The notes under the pieces are model-generated. The model was not told the DNA's origin and did no database searches. It worked only from the letters and a program-made list of their open reading frames with translations. A program made the translations under genes and the position numbers. A stretch of 64,000 nucleotides of DNA from Acidobacteriaceae bacterium. GTDB lineage: Bacteria; Acidobacteriota; Terriglobia; Terriglobales; Acidobacteriaceae. Below are positions 12,667 to 22,468 of the stretch, in pieces (within the stretch, counting starts at the first letter, position 1; the number at the start of each line of letters is the position of its first letter). The stretch lies in NCBI GenBank assembly GCA_030039035.1, contig JASHQQ010000067.1, forward strand, positions 110 through 64,109. Direction: 5' to 3'.

Positions 12667-15416
12667 TGAGCTGGTGGCGCAGGCTGTTTGCCGGCAAGCG
12701 GATGGATCGCGATCTCGATCGCGAGCTGCTCTTTCACTTCGAGCAGCAGGTGGCCGACAAGATGTGCGCCGGGCTGAGCGAGCAGCAGGCCCGGCGCCAG
12801 ACGCGGCTGGAGTTCGGCGGCGTGGAGCAGGTGAAGGAGGACTGCCGCGAGAGCCGCGGAACGATGTGGGCCTGGTCGGTGCTGCAGGATCTGCGCCATG
12901 CGATGCGCCAGTTGCGCAAGTCGCCGGCTTTCGCGATCACCGCCATCGTTACCCTCGCGCTCGGCATCGGGGCCAACACGGCCATCTTCACGCTGGTCCA
13001 GCAGATTCTCCTGCGTTCCCTCCCGGTGACGAATCCCTCGCGGCTCATCCGCGTCGGCGACAAGGACGATTGCTGCTTCTTCGACAGTTTTGAGAACGAC
13101 GACGGCGACTTCGACCTTTTTTCCTACGATCTCTATCTGCACCTGCAGCAGTCCGCGCCGGAATTCGAGCAGCTCGCCGCGGTTGAGGCCGGGGGAGACC
13201 GCTTCAGCGCGCGCGTGGGATCGGAACCCGGCAAGCTGCTGCGCTCGGAGTATGTCTCCGGCAACTATTTCACCACGCTGGGCGTGGGCACGTACCTGGG
13301 CCGGCCGCTTGGCGAAAACGACGACCGGCCAGGCGCTCCGCCTGCGCTTGTGCTCAGCTACGCAAGCTGGCAGGCGGACTTTGCCGCCGATCCAGGCATC
13401 GTGGGTTCGACGGTCTATCTGGGAACGCACCCCTTCACGGTAGCTGGTGTGGCGGCGCCGGGCTTCTTCGGCGATCGCATTGTCTCTTTTCCGCCGGAGA
13501 TGTGGCTGCCGCTTTCCACCGAGCCGCTGTTCGAGGGAGGCAACTCCTCGCTCAATCAGAAAGACACCGACTGGCTCTATCTGCTGGGCCGCGTGCGCGT
13601 GGGTACGAATCAAAAGGCGCTCGCGACCAGGCTCTCGGAAGCGATGCAGCAGTGGTTCTTGACACGGCCCAACTACACCGGGCATGGCCGCGCGGCGGAG
13701 ATCCCCAGGCAGCATGTCGTGCTTTCATCCGCCGGGGGCGGCATTCAAAAACTCCAGCAGCAGACCGGCACTGGACTGCGCCTGCTCATGGCGCTTTCGA
13801 GCGTGGTCCTGCTCATCGCCTGCGCCAACATCGCCAACCTGCTTCTGGCGCGCGGCGCGGCGCGCCGCTCCGAAATCGCTGTGCGCATGGCTCTGGGAGC
13901 GCCGCAGGGCCGCGTCGTCCGCCAGATCCTGACGGAAAGCGTGGTGCTCAGCCTGATCGGCGGCTTCGCCGGACTGCTCGTCGCGTACTTCGGCTCGCAG
14001 ATGATCCTCGCGCTCGCATTCCCGCAATCCCGCAACATGCCCGTTCACGCCAGTCCATCGCTGCCTGTGCTCGGCTTCGCGTTCCTGATTTCGCTCTTCA
14101 CCGGCATCTTCTTCGGCGCGGCGCCGGCCTGGGCATCGTCGCACGCACAGCCGGCCGAGGCTCTGCGCGGCGTCAACCGGGCCACGCGCGATCGCTCCTC
14201 ATTGCCGCAAAAGTCGCTCGTCGTCTTTCAGGTTGCGCTTTCGGTGGTGCTGCTGGCCGGCGCGCTGATGATGACCCGGTCTCTCTTCCATCTCGAGCAC
14301 CAGAACCTCGGCATCGTCACCTCGAACAGCTACGAAATCATCATCGATCCCAAGGAGGCCGGCTATACAGTCGATCGTCTCCCCGCGCTCTACCGCGAGC
14401 TCGAAAACCGGTTCTCCGCGTTGCCCGGAATGGCCCACGTGAGCTTTGCGCGCTACGTTCCGCTCGGCGGCAACGAATGGGGATCGTGCGTCGTCCAGCA
14501 AGGCCAGCCCGCGCCGGGGCCGAGCGACCAATGCTTCTCCGACTGGAATCGCGTCAGCCGTAATTTCCTGGATTCGATCGGAGTGCCCATCCTGCGCGGG
14601 CGTGGCTTTTCCGCACAGGACGTCACCGGCTCGCAGCCTGTCGCGCTCGTGAACGAGAGTTTTGCGAAGCATTTCTTTCCCCGTCAGGACCCCGTCGGGA
14701 AACACTTCGGCATGGACGCGCAGAACTCCGGTATGTTCGAGATCGTCGGCGTCTTTGCGGACTTCAAGATGGCCAACCCACGCAGCGAGCCTCGCCCGGC
14801 TTTCCTCCGGCCGCTCGGACAACAGTATCCGGGATTGAAGAACCCGAACGATGCCGCCGGCGAAGCAGCCTCGTTGTATCTCAACTCGATCGTTCTCAAC
14901 TTCGCGCGCCCGCAGCGCGATGCGGAAACGCTGGTCCGCAGAACTCTCGCCGCGATTGATCCCGGGCTAACCATCTTCCACTTCGAAAGCTATGACGCCG
15001 AGGTGGCCGGCAACTACACCCAGGACCGGCTGATCGCGCGGCTCACCGGCATCTTCGGCGGGCTGGCGCTGATTCTCGCATCGGTCGGGCTCTACGGCGT
15101 CTTGTCATATTTCGTGGCCCGCCGCACCAGCGAAATCGGCGTGCGGATGGCGATGGGCGCTTCCCGGTCGCGCGTCATCTCCATGGTGTTGCGCGGAGCC
15201 CTGAGCCAGGTGCTCATCGGTCTCGCGCTGGGAATTCCGGTCGCGCTTTTTGCGGGCCGTTCCATGACAAGCCTGCTTTACAAGGTGAGCGACGCCGATC
15301 CGATCGCGTTTCTTGGCGCAGTTTCGGTGCTCGCGCTGTGCGCCTTGGCCGCTGCATTCCTGCCCGCGCGCCGCGCCGCGGCGATCGATCCCATGCAGGC
15401 GCTGCGAACCGAATAG
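12666..15416 (+). CDS. Acidobacterial duplicated orphan permease (ADOP; MacB/FtsX-type ABC permease) with N-terminal prefix domain
   Basis: 'DRELLFHFEQ...ARRQTRLEFGG' prefix, 'TLALGIGANTAIF', 'LLIACANIANLLLARG..R..EIAVRMALGA', second FtsX half 'RTSEIGVRMAMGA', ends 'IDPMQALRTE'. Confidence 0.93.
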   Translation: MSWWRRLFAGKRMDRDLDRELLFHFEQQVADKMCAGLSEQQARRQTRLEFGGVEQVKEDCRESRGTMWAWSVLQDLRHAMRQLRKSPAFAITAIVTLALGIGANTAIFTLVQQILLRSLPVTNPSRLIRVGDKDDCCFFDSFENDDGDFDLFSYDLYLHLQQSAPEFEQLAAVEAGGDRFSARVGSEPGKLLRSEYVSGNYFTTLGVGTYLGRPLGENDDRPGAPPALVLSYASWQADFAADPGIVGSTVYLGTHPFTVAGVAAPGFFGDRIVSFPPEMWLPLSTEPLFEGGNSSLNQKDTDWLYLLGRVRVGTNQKALATRLSEAMQQWFLTRPNYTGHGRAAEIPRQHVVLSSAGGGIQKLQQQTGTGLRLLMALSSVVLLIACANIANLLLARGAARRSEIAVRMALGAPQGRVVRQILTESVVLSLIGGFAGLLVAYFGSQMILALAFPQSRNMPVHASPSLPVLGFAFLISLFTGIFFGAAPAWASSHAQPAEALRGVNRATRDRSSLPQKSLVVFQVALSVVLLAGALMMTRSLFHLEHQNLGIVTSNSYEIIIDPKEAGYTVDRLPALYRELENRFSALPGMAHVSFARYVPLGGNEWGSCVVQQGQPAPGPSDQCFSDWNRVSRNFLDSIGVPILRGRGFSAQDVTGSQPVALVNESFAKHFFPRQDPVGKHFGMDAQNSGMFEIVGVFADFKMANPRSEPRPAFLRPLGQQYPGLKNPNDAAGEAASLYLNSIVLNFARPQRDAETLVRRTLAAIDPGLTIFHFESYDAEVAGNYTQDRLIARLTGIFGGLALILASVGLYGVLSYFVARRTSEIGVRMAMGASRSRVISMVLRGALSQVLIGLALGIPVALFAGRSMTSLLYKVSDADPIAFLGAVSVLALCALAAAFLPARRAAAIDPMQALRTE

Positions 15417-15447
15417 ACTCCCGTCGGCTGTCGCATAGAATGAACGC

Positions 15448-17331
15448 ATGTGCGGCATCGTTGGCTACGTAGGACCCAAACAGGTGGTCCCTGTCATTAT
15501 CGAGGGGCTGCGGAAGCTCGAGTACCGCGGTTATGACTCGGCCGGCATTGCCGTAGGCAGCCCTTCGTGCTCGACGCTCGAAGTGCGGCGCGCGCCGGGC
15601 AAGCTGGGCAACCTTGAGCGCGTGCTCGCCGAGCAACCGCTCGAAGGCAGTTTCGGTATCGGCCACACGCGCTGGGCCACGCACGGCCGGCCCACCGAAG
15701 AGAACGCCCACCCGCACCGCGATTGCAAAGGGCGTATCGTTGTCGTGCACAACGGCATCGTCGAGAACTACCTCGAGCTGAAGCACGAACTGGTGGCGCT
15801 GGGCCACAAGTTCGTTACCGAAACCGACACCGAGATCGTTGCCCACCTCATCGAGCAGGTGCAGAACGACGCCGCAGCCGATGGCGGGCCCATTCCGCTG
15901 GAAGTCGCGGTGCGCCGCGCCGTCAAGCGGCTCGGCGGAGCTTTCGCGCTGGGCATACTTTCGGCCGGCGAGCCGGACAAGATTGTCGCCGCGCGGCAAG
16001 GGCCGCCGGTGGTAATCGGTCTCGGCGAAGGCGAATCGTTCATTGCCTCGGACGTCCCCGGCATCCTGCATCACACGCGCAATCTCTACTTCCTGGCCGA
16101 CGGCGACATGGCCGTGCTCACGCCCGCCGGCGTCCAGTTGACCGACTTCGACGGCAGGCCGATTCAGCGCGCCGTGACGCGCATCCACTGGGATCCGATC
16201 CAGGCCGAAAAGGGCGGCTACAAGCATTTCATGCTCAAGGAAATCTGGGAGCAGCCGCAGGCCATCGCCGACACCACCCTGGGCCGCGTCTCGCTCGACT
16301 CGGGCAAAGTCTTTCTCGCCGAGATGGAGATCCCCGACGAAGAGCTTGCGCGCGCCGAGAGCCTCAACATCGCCGCCTGCGGAACGAGCTGGCACGCCGG
16401 GCTGACCGGCAAGTACATGATCGAGCGGCTTGCGCGGCTGCCGGTCGACGTGGACTATGCCAGCGAGTATCGCTACCGGAGCCCCATGGCCGGCCCCCAC
16501 CAGTTGGGCCTGCTCATTACGCAGTCGGGCGAAACCGCCGACACGCTGGCCGCGCAGCGCGAGATGATGGCGCTCGGCTCAAAAACGGTCGCCATCTGCA
16601 ACGTGGTGGGCGCCATGGTGGCGCGCGAAGCGCACGGAGCGATCTACACGCACGCCGGTCCCGAGATTGGCGTGGCCTCGACCAAGGCCTTTACAGCGCA
16701 ACTTACAGCACTGTTTCTTCTGGCGCTCAAGCTGGGCCAGTTGCGCGGCAAGCTCGACACCGCACAGTCCGTCGCGCTGATTGAAGAGCTCGGCCGAATC
16801 CCCGGCAAGATCGAGGAAGTGTTGCGCAAAAGCACCGGGCAGTGCGAACTGCTGGCCAAGGATTTCTCGAATGCGCGCGACTTTCTCTACCTCGGGCGCG
16901 GCATTCACTTTCCCATCGCGCTGGAGGGCGCGCTCAAGCTCAAGGAGATCTCCTACATTCACGCCGAAGGCTACCCGGCCGGCGAGATGAAGCACGGCCC
17001 CAACGCGCTCATCGACGAAAGCCTGCCGGTGGTGGTGCTGGCCACGTGCGACAAGTCCGACCCCGCGTCGAAGCTGCGCTACGAGAAGACGCTCTCGAAC
17101 ATCCAGGAAGTGACGGCGCGCTCGGGTCGCGTGATCGCCGTGGCCACCGAGGGCGATGCGACGATCGGCGGACTGGTCGAGCACGTCATCCATGTTCCCC
17201 ACGCGCCCGAGATGCTCTCGCCGCTCGTCGAGATCGTGCCGCTGCAACTGCTCGCCTATTACATCGCCGTGCGCCGCGGCTGCGACGTCGACCAGCCGCG
17301 CAACCTGGCCAAGTCGGTCACGGTGGAATGA
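15448..17331 (+). CDS. glmS: Glutamine-fructose-6-phosphate transaminase (isomerizing)
   Basis: Starts MCGIVG. '[10 protein letters not shown]', 'GHTRWATHG', 'QSGETADTL', '[14 protein letters not shown]', ends '[13 protein letters not shown]'. Confidence 0.98.
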   Translation: MCGIVGYVGPKQVVPVIIEGLRKLEYRGYDSAGIAVGSPSCSTLEVRRAPGKLGNLERVLAEQPLEGSFGIGHTRWATHGRPTEENAHPHRDCKGRIVVVHNGIVENYLELKHELVALGHKFVTETDTEIVAHLIEQVQNDAAADGGPIPLEVAVRRAVKRLGGAFALGILSAGEPDKIVAARQGPPVVIGLGEGESFIASDVPGILHHTRNLYFLADGDMAVLTPAGVQLTDFDGRPIQRAVTRIHWDPIQAEKGGYKHFMLKEIWEQPQAIADTTLGRVSLDSGKVFLAEMEIPDEELARAESLNIAACGTSWHAGLTGKYMIERLARLPVDVDYASEYRYRSPMAGPHQLGLLITQSGETADTLAAQREMMALGSKTVAICNVVGAMVAREAHGAIYTHAGPEIGVASTKAFTAQLTALFLLALKLGQLRGKLDTAQSVALIEELGRIPGKIEEVLRKSTGQCELLAKDFSNARDFLYLGRGIHFPIALEGALKLKEISYIHAEGYPAGEMKHGPNALIDESLPVVVLATCDKSDPASKLRYEKTLSNIQEVTARSGRVIAVATEGDATIGGLVEHVIHVPHAPEMLSPLVEIVPLQLLAYYIAVRRGCDVDQPRNLAKSVTVE

Positions 17332-17477
17332 ATTGCATGAGTTGAGCAGGCGTGCACCTACGGTCAATCGAGTCGCCCTTTCCGGGCCATCACGCGAAGC
17401 GCGGCCAACGGCGTATTCGCGCCAATTCATTTCGAAACGAGTTTGTCGCCATAACCTGACCGGGCATAATCGATGAT

Positions 17478-17570
17478 TCGTCCCGTAGGGACGAGCCGAA
17501 GTTAGCCCAGGACCAGCGAAGCGCAGTCCTGGGAAAGCCGGATTGTGCGATCAACCAGCTCCGGAGGGGC
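17478..17570. repeat. REP-like multi-hairpin element, family B
   Basis: Three hairpins: TCGTCCC-GTA-GGGACGA (17478-17494), CCCAGGAC-N12-GTCCTGGG (17506-17533) and GCTCC-GGA-GGGGC (17558-17570). Confidence 0.6.
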
Positions 17571-17702
17571 GGCGCGAGCCAGTCGCGCATCCTCGTTTCA
17601 AATACAGGCCATTGCCAGTCGTGGCCGGTGGCTTGCTCCACACATTCTGACGAGTCCATTATCCTTGTGCGATGATCTTGCGTTGAGCGCGGGAGATTTC
17701 GC

Positions 17703-19163
17703 ATGAAGGTATTTCTGTTCTGCCTCGTTTTCGCAGCATCGCTGAATGCTCAGGAATATCAGCCCACATGGGAGTCGCTCGATCGGCGGCCCACACCGGG
17801 CTGGTTTCAGGACGCCAGGTTCGGGATCATCATCCACTGGGGCGTCTATTCGGTTCCCGCATACGCGCCGGTGATTCCCGGAAAACTCGCTTATGCGGAG
17901 TGGTACTGGCACCAGATGACCGAAGGCCGCGACAATCCCGGCGCAAATCCCGTCGAGACCGGCACATGGGTCTATCACCAACGAATGTATGGCGCCGGCT
18001 TTCCTTACCAGGACTTTGCGCCGCAATTTCGCGCCCAGCTCTTCGATCCTGCCCAGTGGGCGGATATCTTCGCCGACTCTGGCGCGAAATATGTCATTCT
18101 CACTTCGAAACACCACGAAGGGTTCGCCTTGTGGCCGAGCAAGGAGGCATCGGCCACGTGGGGCCGGCCATGGAACGCGGTCGAAATCGGCCCCAGACGC
18201 GACCTGCTGGGAGACCTGAGCGATGCGGTGCGCGGCAAGGGGCTCAAGATGGGTTATTACTACTCGCTTTACGAGTGGTATAACCCGCTCTGGCTCAGCG
18301 ACAAGCCGCGCTATATCCGCGAGCACATGTTTCCCCAGTTCAAGGATCTCGTTACGCGCTACAAGCCGGCGATTGTCTTCAGCGATGGCGAATGGGAGCT
18401 CGCTTCGGCCGAGTGGCGCACCCCGGAGCTGCTTGCGTGGCTCTTCAACGAATCTCCGGTGAAAGACGATGTCGTCGTCAACGACCGTTGGGGAAAGGAC
18501 ACGCGCCATCGCCACGGCGGCTACTGGACCACCGAATACACGGCCGGCATGAGCGGCACGGACCACCCGTGGGAAGAAAGCCGCGGCATGGGATACAGCT
18601 ACGGCTACAACCGGGCCGAGCAGCTTGGCGACTACCAGACCGCCCGCGAGCTGGTGATGACGCTGGTGGACATTGTGAGTCGCGGCGGCAACCTGCTGCT
18701 CGATGTCGGCCCGAAAGCAGACGGCACCATTCCCGTGATCATGCAGGACCGTCTTCACCAGATCGGCGCGTGGCTCAGGATTAACGGCGATGCCATCTAC
18801 GGCACGCGGCCATGGAAGCAGTCGCGGCAATGGAGTGCCGGGGAGATTCCCCAGGTTCAGTACAACAACGAGTTCAATTCGGCTTACGACGTTTCGAAGC
18901 TGACAGAAGTTCCGGCACCTGGTCATGCCGCGATCGATGCATTTTTCACGAGCAAGGGGAACGATGTGTATGCCATTCTGCCGCGCTGGCCCGGAGCGAA
19001 GCTCCTTGTGAAGGACATCCCCGGCGTGAAGTCCGTCAACCTGCTCGGTTCGTCCGAAGCTTTGAAATTCAAATCGGCGGGCGACGGAGTCGCCATCGAT
19101 CTTCCACCGATTCCCGAGAACCTGTTGAACCAACCGGCATGGGTATTGAAGATCAGCAGGTGA
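17703..19163 (+). CDS. Secreted alpha-L-fucosidase (GH29)
   Basis: Signal peptide. 'Y.PTWESLD.RP.PGWF.DARFGIIIHWGVYSVP', 'AEWYW', 'GAKYVILTSKHHEGFALW', 'SRGGNLLLDVGP.ADG.I', 'WLRINGDAIYGTRPW'. Confidence 0.95.
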   Translation: MKVFLFCLVFAASLNAQEYQPTWESLDRRPTPGWFQDARFGIIIHWGVYSVPAYAPVIPGKLAYAEWYWHQMTEGRDNPGANPVETGTWVYHQRMYGAGFPYQDFAPQFRAQLFDPAQWADIFADSGAKYVILTSKHHEGFALWPSKEASATWGRPWNAVEIGPRRDLLGDLSDAVRGKGLKMGYYYSLYEWYNPLWLSDKPRYIREHMFPQFKDLVTRYKPAIVFSDGEWELASAEWRTPELLAWLFNESPVKDDVVVNDRWGKDTRHRHGGYWTTEYTAGMSGTDHPWEESRGMGYSYGYNRAEQLGDYQTARELVMTLVDIVSRGGNLLLDVGPKADGTIPVIMQDRLHQIGAWLRINGDAIYGTRPWKQSRQWSAGEIPQVQYNNEFNSAYDVSKLTEVPAPGHAAIDAFFTSKGNDVYAILPRWPGAKLLVKDIPGVKSVNLLGSSEALKFKSAGDGVAIDLPPIPENLLNQPAWVLKISR

Positions 19164-19261
19164 AAGATTCACATCTGCCGGCTTGCAACGGTCGCCGCGC
19201 GTAACGATACTTTCCAGGGTCCCTGCTGCGATCCCAACCATTCTTCAGGAGAGACCGATCC

Positions 19262-20059
19262 TTGTTACGCGAACTGTATACTGCCCGCCTCGAACGCAAG
19301 CAGTGCCTTTCCGAAGCGGCGCAATGCTTTCATCTCGAATTTGTCGTTGAGGGCGAAGAGGAGTTTTCATTCACGCCCGGGCAATTCATCTCCGTCGTCT
19401 CCAACGATGCGCGCGGCAAGCCCGACACGCGCGCCTATTCGATCGCGTCGGCTCCGCGCGACAATCGCTTCGACCTGTGCCTGAATCGCGTGGAAAGCGG
19501 ATACTTTTCCAATTTGTTGTGCGACCTCGCGGCCGGGGCGGCAATTCAGATCGAAGGCCCGCTTGGCTTCTTCACGCTCCGCGAGCCGCTTACCGATTCG
19601 ATCCTCGTCGCCACGGGCACGGGCGTCGCTCCGTTGCGCGGCTTTCTGCAACGGCTGTTTCCCATCGGCGGTCCCGATCGCAGCGGCGGCAAAGAGATCT
19701 GGCTGGTCTACGGCACGCGCAACGAAAGCGAGATCTATTATCGCGAGGAGTTTGAAACAATCGCCGCGCACTACGCGAACTTCCACTATGTGACGACTCT
19801 CAGCCGCGCGCCCGAAAGCTGGCCGGGCCTGCGCGGCTACGTGCAGGATCATGTTGCGCAGATCGTCGGGGATCGCGCCGCACGACTCGGCCAGCCGCTG
19901 CCCGCGCCCAGACCCGACCCCGCGATCCCTCCGGCGCAGCTCCGATTCGATATCTATGCTTACATCTGCGGGCTGAGCGAGATGATCGGCGCCGTGCGCG
20001 AACGGCTTGCCGGCTTCGGCTGGCATCGCAAGCAGATTGTGACGGAGCGCTATGACTGA
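19262..20059 (+). CDS. FNR-like FAD/NAD(P)-binding oxidoreductase
   Basis: SD AGGAG with TTG start. 'FTPGQFI', 'RAYSIAS', 'GYFSN.L', 'VATGTGVAPLRG', 'YICG', ends 'ERYD'. Confidence 0.88.
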   Translation: MLRELYTARLERKQCLSEAAQCFHLEFVVEGEEEFSFTPGQFISVVSNDARGKPDTRAYSIASAPRDNRFDLCLNRVESGYFSNLLCDLAAGAAIQIEGPLGFFTLREPLTDSILVATGTGVAPLRGFLQRLFPIGGPDRSGGKEIWLVYGTRNESEIYYREEFETIAAHYANFHYVTTLSRAPESWPGLRGYVQDHVAQIVGDRAARLGQPLPAPRPDPAIPPAQLRFDIYAYICGLSEMIGAVRERLAGFGWHRKQIVTERYD

Positions 20060-20987
20060 AGCGCTGAAAGAAGGGCGAAGTCGTCTTCGGCCTCGCGCCG
20101 GAGAACCGGATCCTTCCGAATTCATCTCCGGACGACCGGCAACGAATATCCTCCTCGTTGTCCTCGTTGCACTGTACGCATGCACTCGCCTTCTGGAAGT
20201 GACTCTTCACCCGTTTCCGCAGAGCGTGCTCGTCGCGTTCGACGTTCTTTCCGCGCTTGCGTTTGCTGTGGTTCACGGCGCGCGCCACTACGGCGTACGC
20301 GGGATCGGCGTCTTCATGGCCATCTGTTTGATCGTCGGCAATGTCATCGAGAACATCGGTGTTCTCACCGGATATCCATATGGCCACTATTACTTCGCCG
20401 GCCTCATGGGTCCAAGGCTCTTCAATGTGCCGATCCTGCTCGGCCTCGCCTACATCGGCATGGCCTACGTTGCGTTTACCCTCGCGCGTATCATCCTCGG
20501 TTATTTCGATCGGCCGCCGGCCGGGGCCCACATCGTCACATTGCCCCTCGTCGCTGCATTCATCCTGGTCGCATGGGACCTCGCGCAGGATCCGGTGTGG
20601 GCGACGGTGCTGCACGGCTGGGTCTGGCGCGATGGCGGGCCGTGGTTCGGCGTGCCCCTCTCCAACTATTTCGGCTGGTATCTGACCGTATTCGTCATTT
20701 ATCTGACCTTCACGAGCTGCCTGACCCGCAGTGCCATCCGGCACGTCTCCCTCGGGGACAGGAGTTGGAGCCTGGCGGTCCTTTTCTATGCGGTCTGCGC
20801 CGCCGGCAATGTCGCGCAGCACATTCCCGCACCCGATCCTGCCATCGCTGCGGACCCGGCCGGCAAGCTCTGGCGCGTCGCCGACATCACCGGCGCCTCC
20901 GCGCTGGTTTCGCTTTTTGTGATGGGTGCGTTTGCGGTCTTCGCGTGGGTGCGGCTCATCGGGATGCGAAAAGCCACTAAAGATTGA
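20052..20987 (+). CDS. CruF-like carotenoid biosynthesis membrane protein (DUF422 family)
   Basis: 'ENIGV.TGYPYGHYY', 'LGP.LFNVP', 'WDL..DP', 'W.W.DGG.WFGVPLSNYFGW'. Overlaps the upstream gene by 8 nt. Confidence 0.75.
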   Translation: MTEALKEGRSRLRPRAGEPDPSEFISGRPATNILLVVLVALYACTRLLEVTLHPFPQSVLVAFDVLSALAFAVVHGARHYGVRGIGVFMAICLIVGNVIENIGVLTGYPYGHYYFAGLMGPRLFNVPILLGLAYIGMAYVAFTLARIILGYFDRPPAGAHIVTLPLVAAFILVAWDLAQDPVWATVLHGWVWRDGGPWFGVPLSNYFGWYLTVFVIYLTFTSCLTRSAIRHVSLGDRSWSLAVLFYAVCAAGNVAQHIPAPDPAIAADPAGKLWRVADITGASALVSLFVMGAFAVFAWVRLIGMRKATKD

Positions 20988-21783
20988 ACAGCTCGCGCAG
21001 CCGTTTGGTTTGCGCGCGGCTCACCGGAATCTCCGACTGCTTCTTGTCGTCCATGCGCAGTTGATAGCTCGATTTGAACCACGGCACCACTTCGCGAATA
21101 TGGTTCAGGTTGACCACAAACCCGCGATGGGCGCGCCAGAACAGCGCAGGATCGAGGAGTTCCAGCAGATCTTCGAGCGTGCGGCATCTGGATTGGCCTT
21201 CGAAGCTCTGCGTGACCACGCGGATCACGCCTTCCTCGATGGCGGCGTAACAGATGTCAGCCTGGTCAATGAGCAACAGGCGGCTGTTGGCCTGCACGAT
21301 CAGCTTGGCCGGCTGGGCCGCGCGCGCCGTGGCTTGCGGGCGGCCGATCAGCTTGAGCAGCGCGTCGATCTGCGACTCCGGTGTTGCGCTGCCGGCCATG
21401 CGCGCGCGCACGCGATCGAGCGCCTGCAAAACGCGATTGCGGTCGAACGGCTTCAGCAGGTAGTCGACCGCGTTGACATCGAATGCGCGCACCGCGTACT
21501 GGTCGTATGCCGTCGCAAAGACAATCTGCGGCAGCGGTCCGGCTTCATTGCCGGGCGCGCGGCCGCGATCGACGAGGCGCTTGATCACGGCGAACCCGTC
21601 GAGTCCCGGCATCTGCACGTCGAGAAACACGAGATCCGGATGGTGCTCCTCGATCAGGTTGACCGCTTCAATGCCGTTGCTGCCTTGCGCAACGACATCG
21701 ACGTCGCCGGCCGAATCGAGCAGGTACTTCAGCTCGTCGCGGGCCAGTTGTTCGTCGTCGACAATGATTGCGGAAAGAGCCAT
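20977..21783 (-). CDS. LytTR-family response regulator (orphan)
   Basis: REC domain 'IIVDDE...DLVFLDVQMP...FATAYDQYAVRAFDVNAVDYLLKP'. LytTR domain 'FWRAHRGFVVNL...IPVSR'. Confidence 0.95.
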   Translation of the reverse strand: MALSAIIVDDEQLARDELKYLLDSAGDVDVVAQGSNGIEAVNLIEEHHPDLVFLDVQMPGLDGFAVIKRLVDRGRAPGNEAGPLPQIVFATAYDQYAVRAFDVNAVDYLLKPFDRNRVLQALDRVRARMAGSATPESQIDALLKLIGRPQATARAAQPAKLIVQANSRLLLIDQADICYAAIEEGVIRVVTQSFEGQSRCRTLEDLLELLDPALFWRAHRGFVVNLNHIREVVPWFKSSYQLRMDDKKQSEIPVSRAQTKRLRELFNL

Positions 21784-21886
21784 GCGCCGTGCTTGATTCT
21801 ACGGCAAGACCGGTGGGATTGTGTCCTGTTCAATGAGATTCAGGGGCGCCGCCGCGAATTGCCCGGGGAAAGTTTGCTTTTTGCGG

Positions 21887-21927
21887 TCCCTCCCTTCCGC
21901 AAAGTGCCCGTGAAGAATGGGGCGCCC
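21887..21927. repeat. REP-like palindromic repeat, family A, copy 2
   Basis: TCCCTCCCTTCCGC...GAAGAATGGGGCGCCC. Same arms as the copies at 11239 and 41866, with a shorter loop. Confidence 0.6.
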
Positions 21928-21964
21928 GTGAAGGTGGAATGCCATGGGAAGACGCCCGCCGGGG

Positions 21965-22468
21965 CTACGCACGCGCGGCGCAGCCGCCGGCGAACGCGAC
22001 ATCGCAGCAGGTCTCCCGCAACTCCCGCACGATGCGCCGCGTTGCTTCGTTCACTGCCTGGGCGCAGGGTTCGGAGAGACTCATCGCGATGGGCTGGAAG
22101 GGGCCGATCGAAATGGCGTAGAGAACGACCTCGCGGTTGCCGCCGCGCATGTAGAAGGCATCGAGCAGGTCCTTCACGCCGATATCGTGGGCCGTGAGCG
22201 TGGGCGGGTAATCGCGCGAGAACCTCGGCGTGGTGCGCGTGACCGTGCCGGGCGGATTGTCGTCGGCGGCGGCGTCAATGATCACGATGCGGCCGGCATT
22301 CTCCAGCGGTTCGAGCAGAACGAATCCGCCGGTGCCGCCGTCCAGGCATTCCACGCCCTCCGGCAACGTGTACCGCTCCAGGGCGCGAACCACGTGAACG
22401 CCCACGCCCTCGTCTCCCATAATGACGTTGCCCAGCCCCAGCACCAGCGTTTTCCGCGCGCCGGCCAT
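21965..22468 (-). CDS. hyaD: Hydrogenase maturation protease (HyaD/HybD family)
   Basis: 'LVLGLGNVIMGDEGVGVHVV', 'LDGGTGG', 'IIDA', 'TAHDIG'. The real start is ATG at 22468; the longer listed ORF overlaps the cytochrome b gene. Confidence 0.92.
   Translation of the reverse strand: MAGARKTLVLGLGNVIMGDEGVGVHVVRALERYTLPEGVECLDGGTGGFVLLEPLENAGRIVIIDAAADDNPPGTVTRTTPRFSRDYPPTLTAHDIGVKDLLDAFYMRGGNREVVLYAISIGPFQPIAMSLSEPCAQAVNEATRRIVRELRETCCDVAFAGGCAARA

Noticed and set aside
15417-15447. glmS ribozyme upstream of glmS
   Set aside because: The intergenic gap is only 31 nt and has a -10-like hexamer directly before the ATG.
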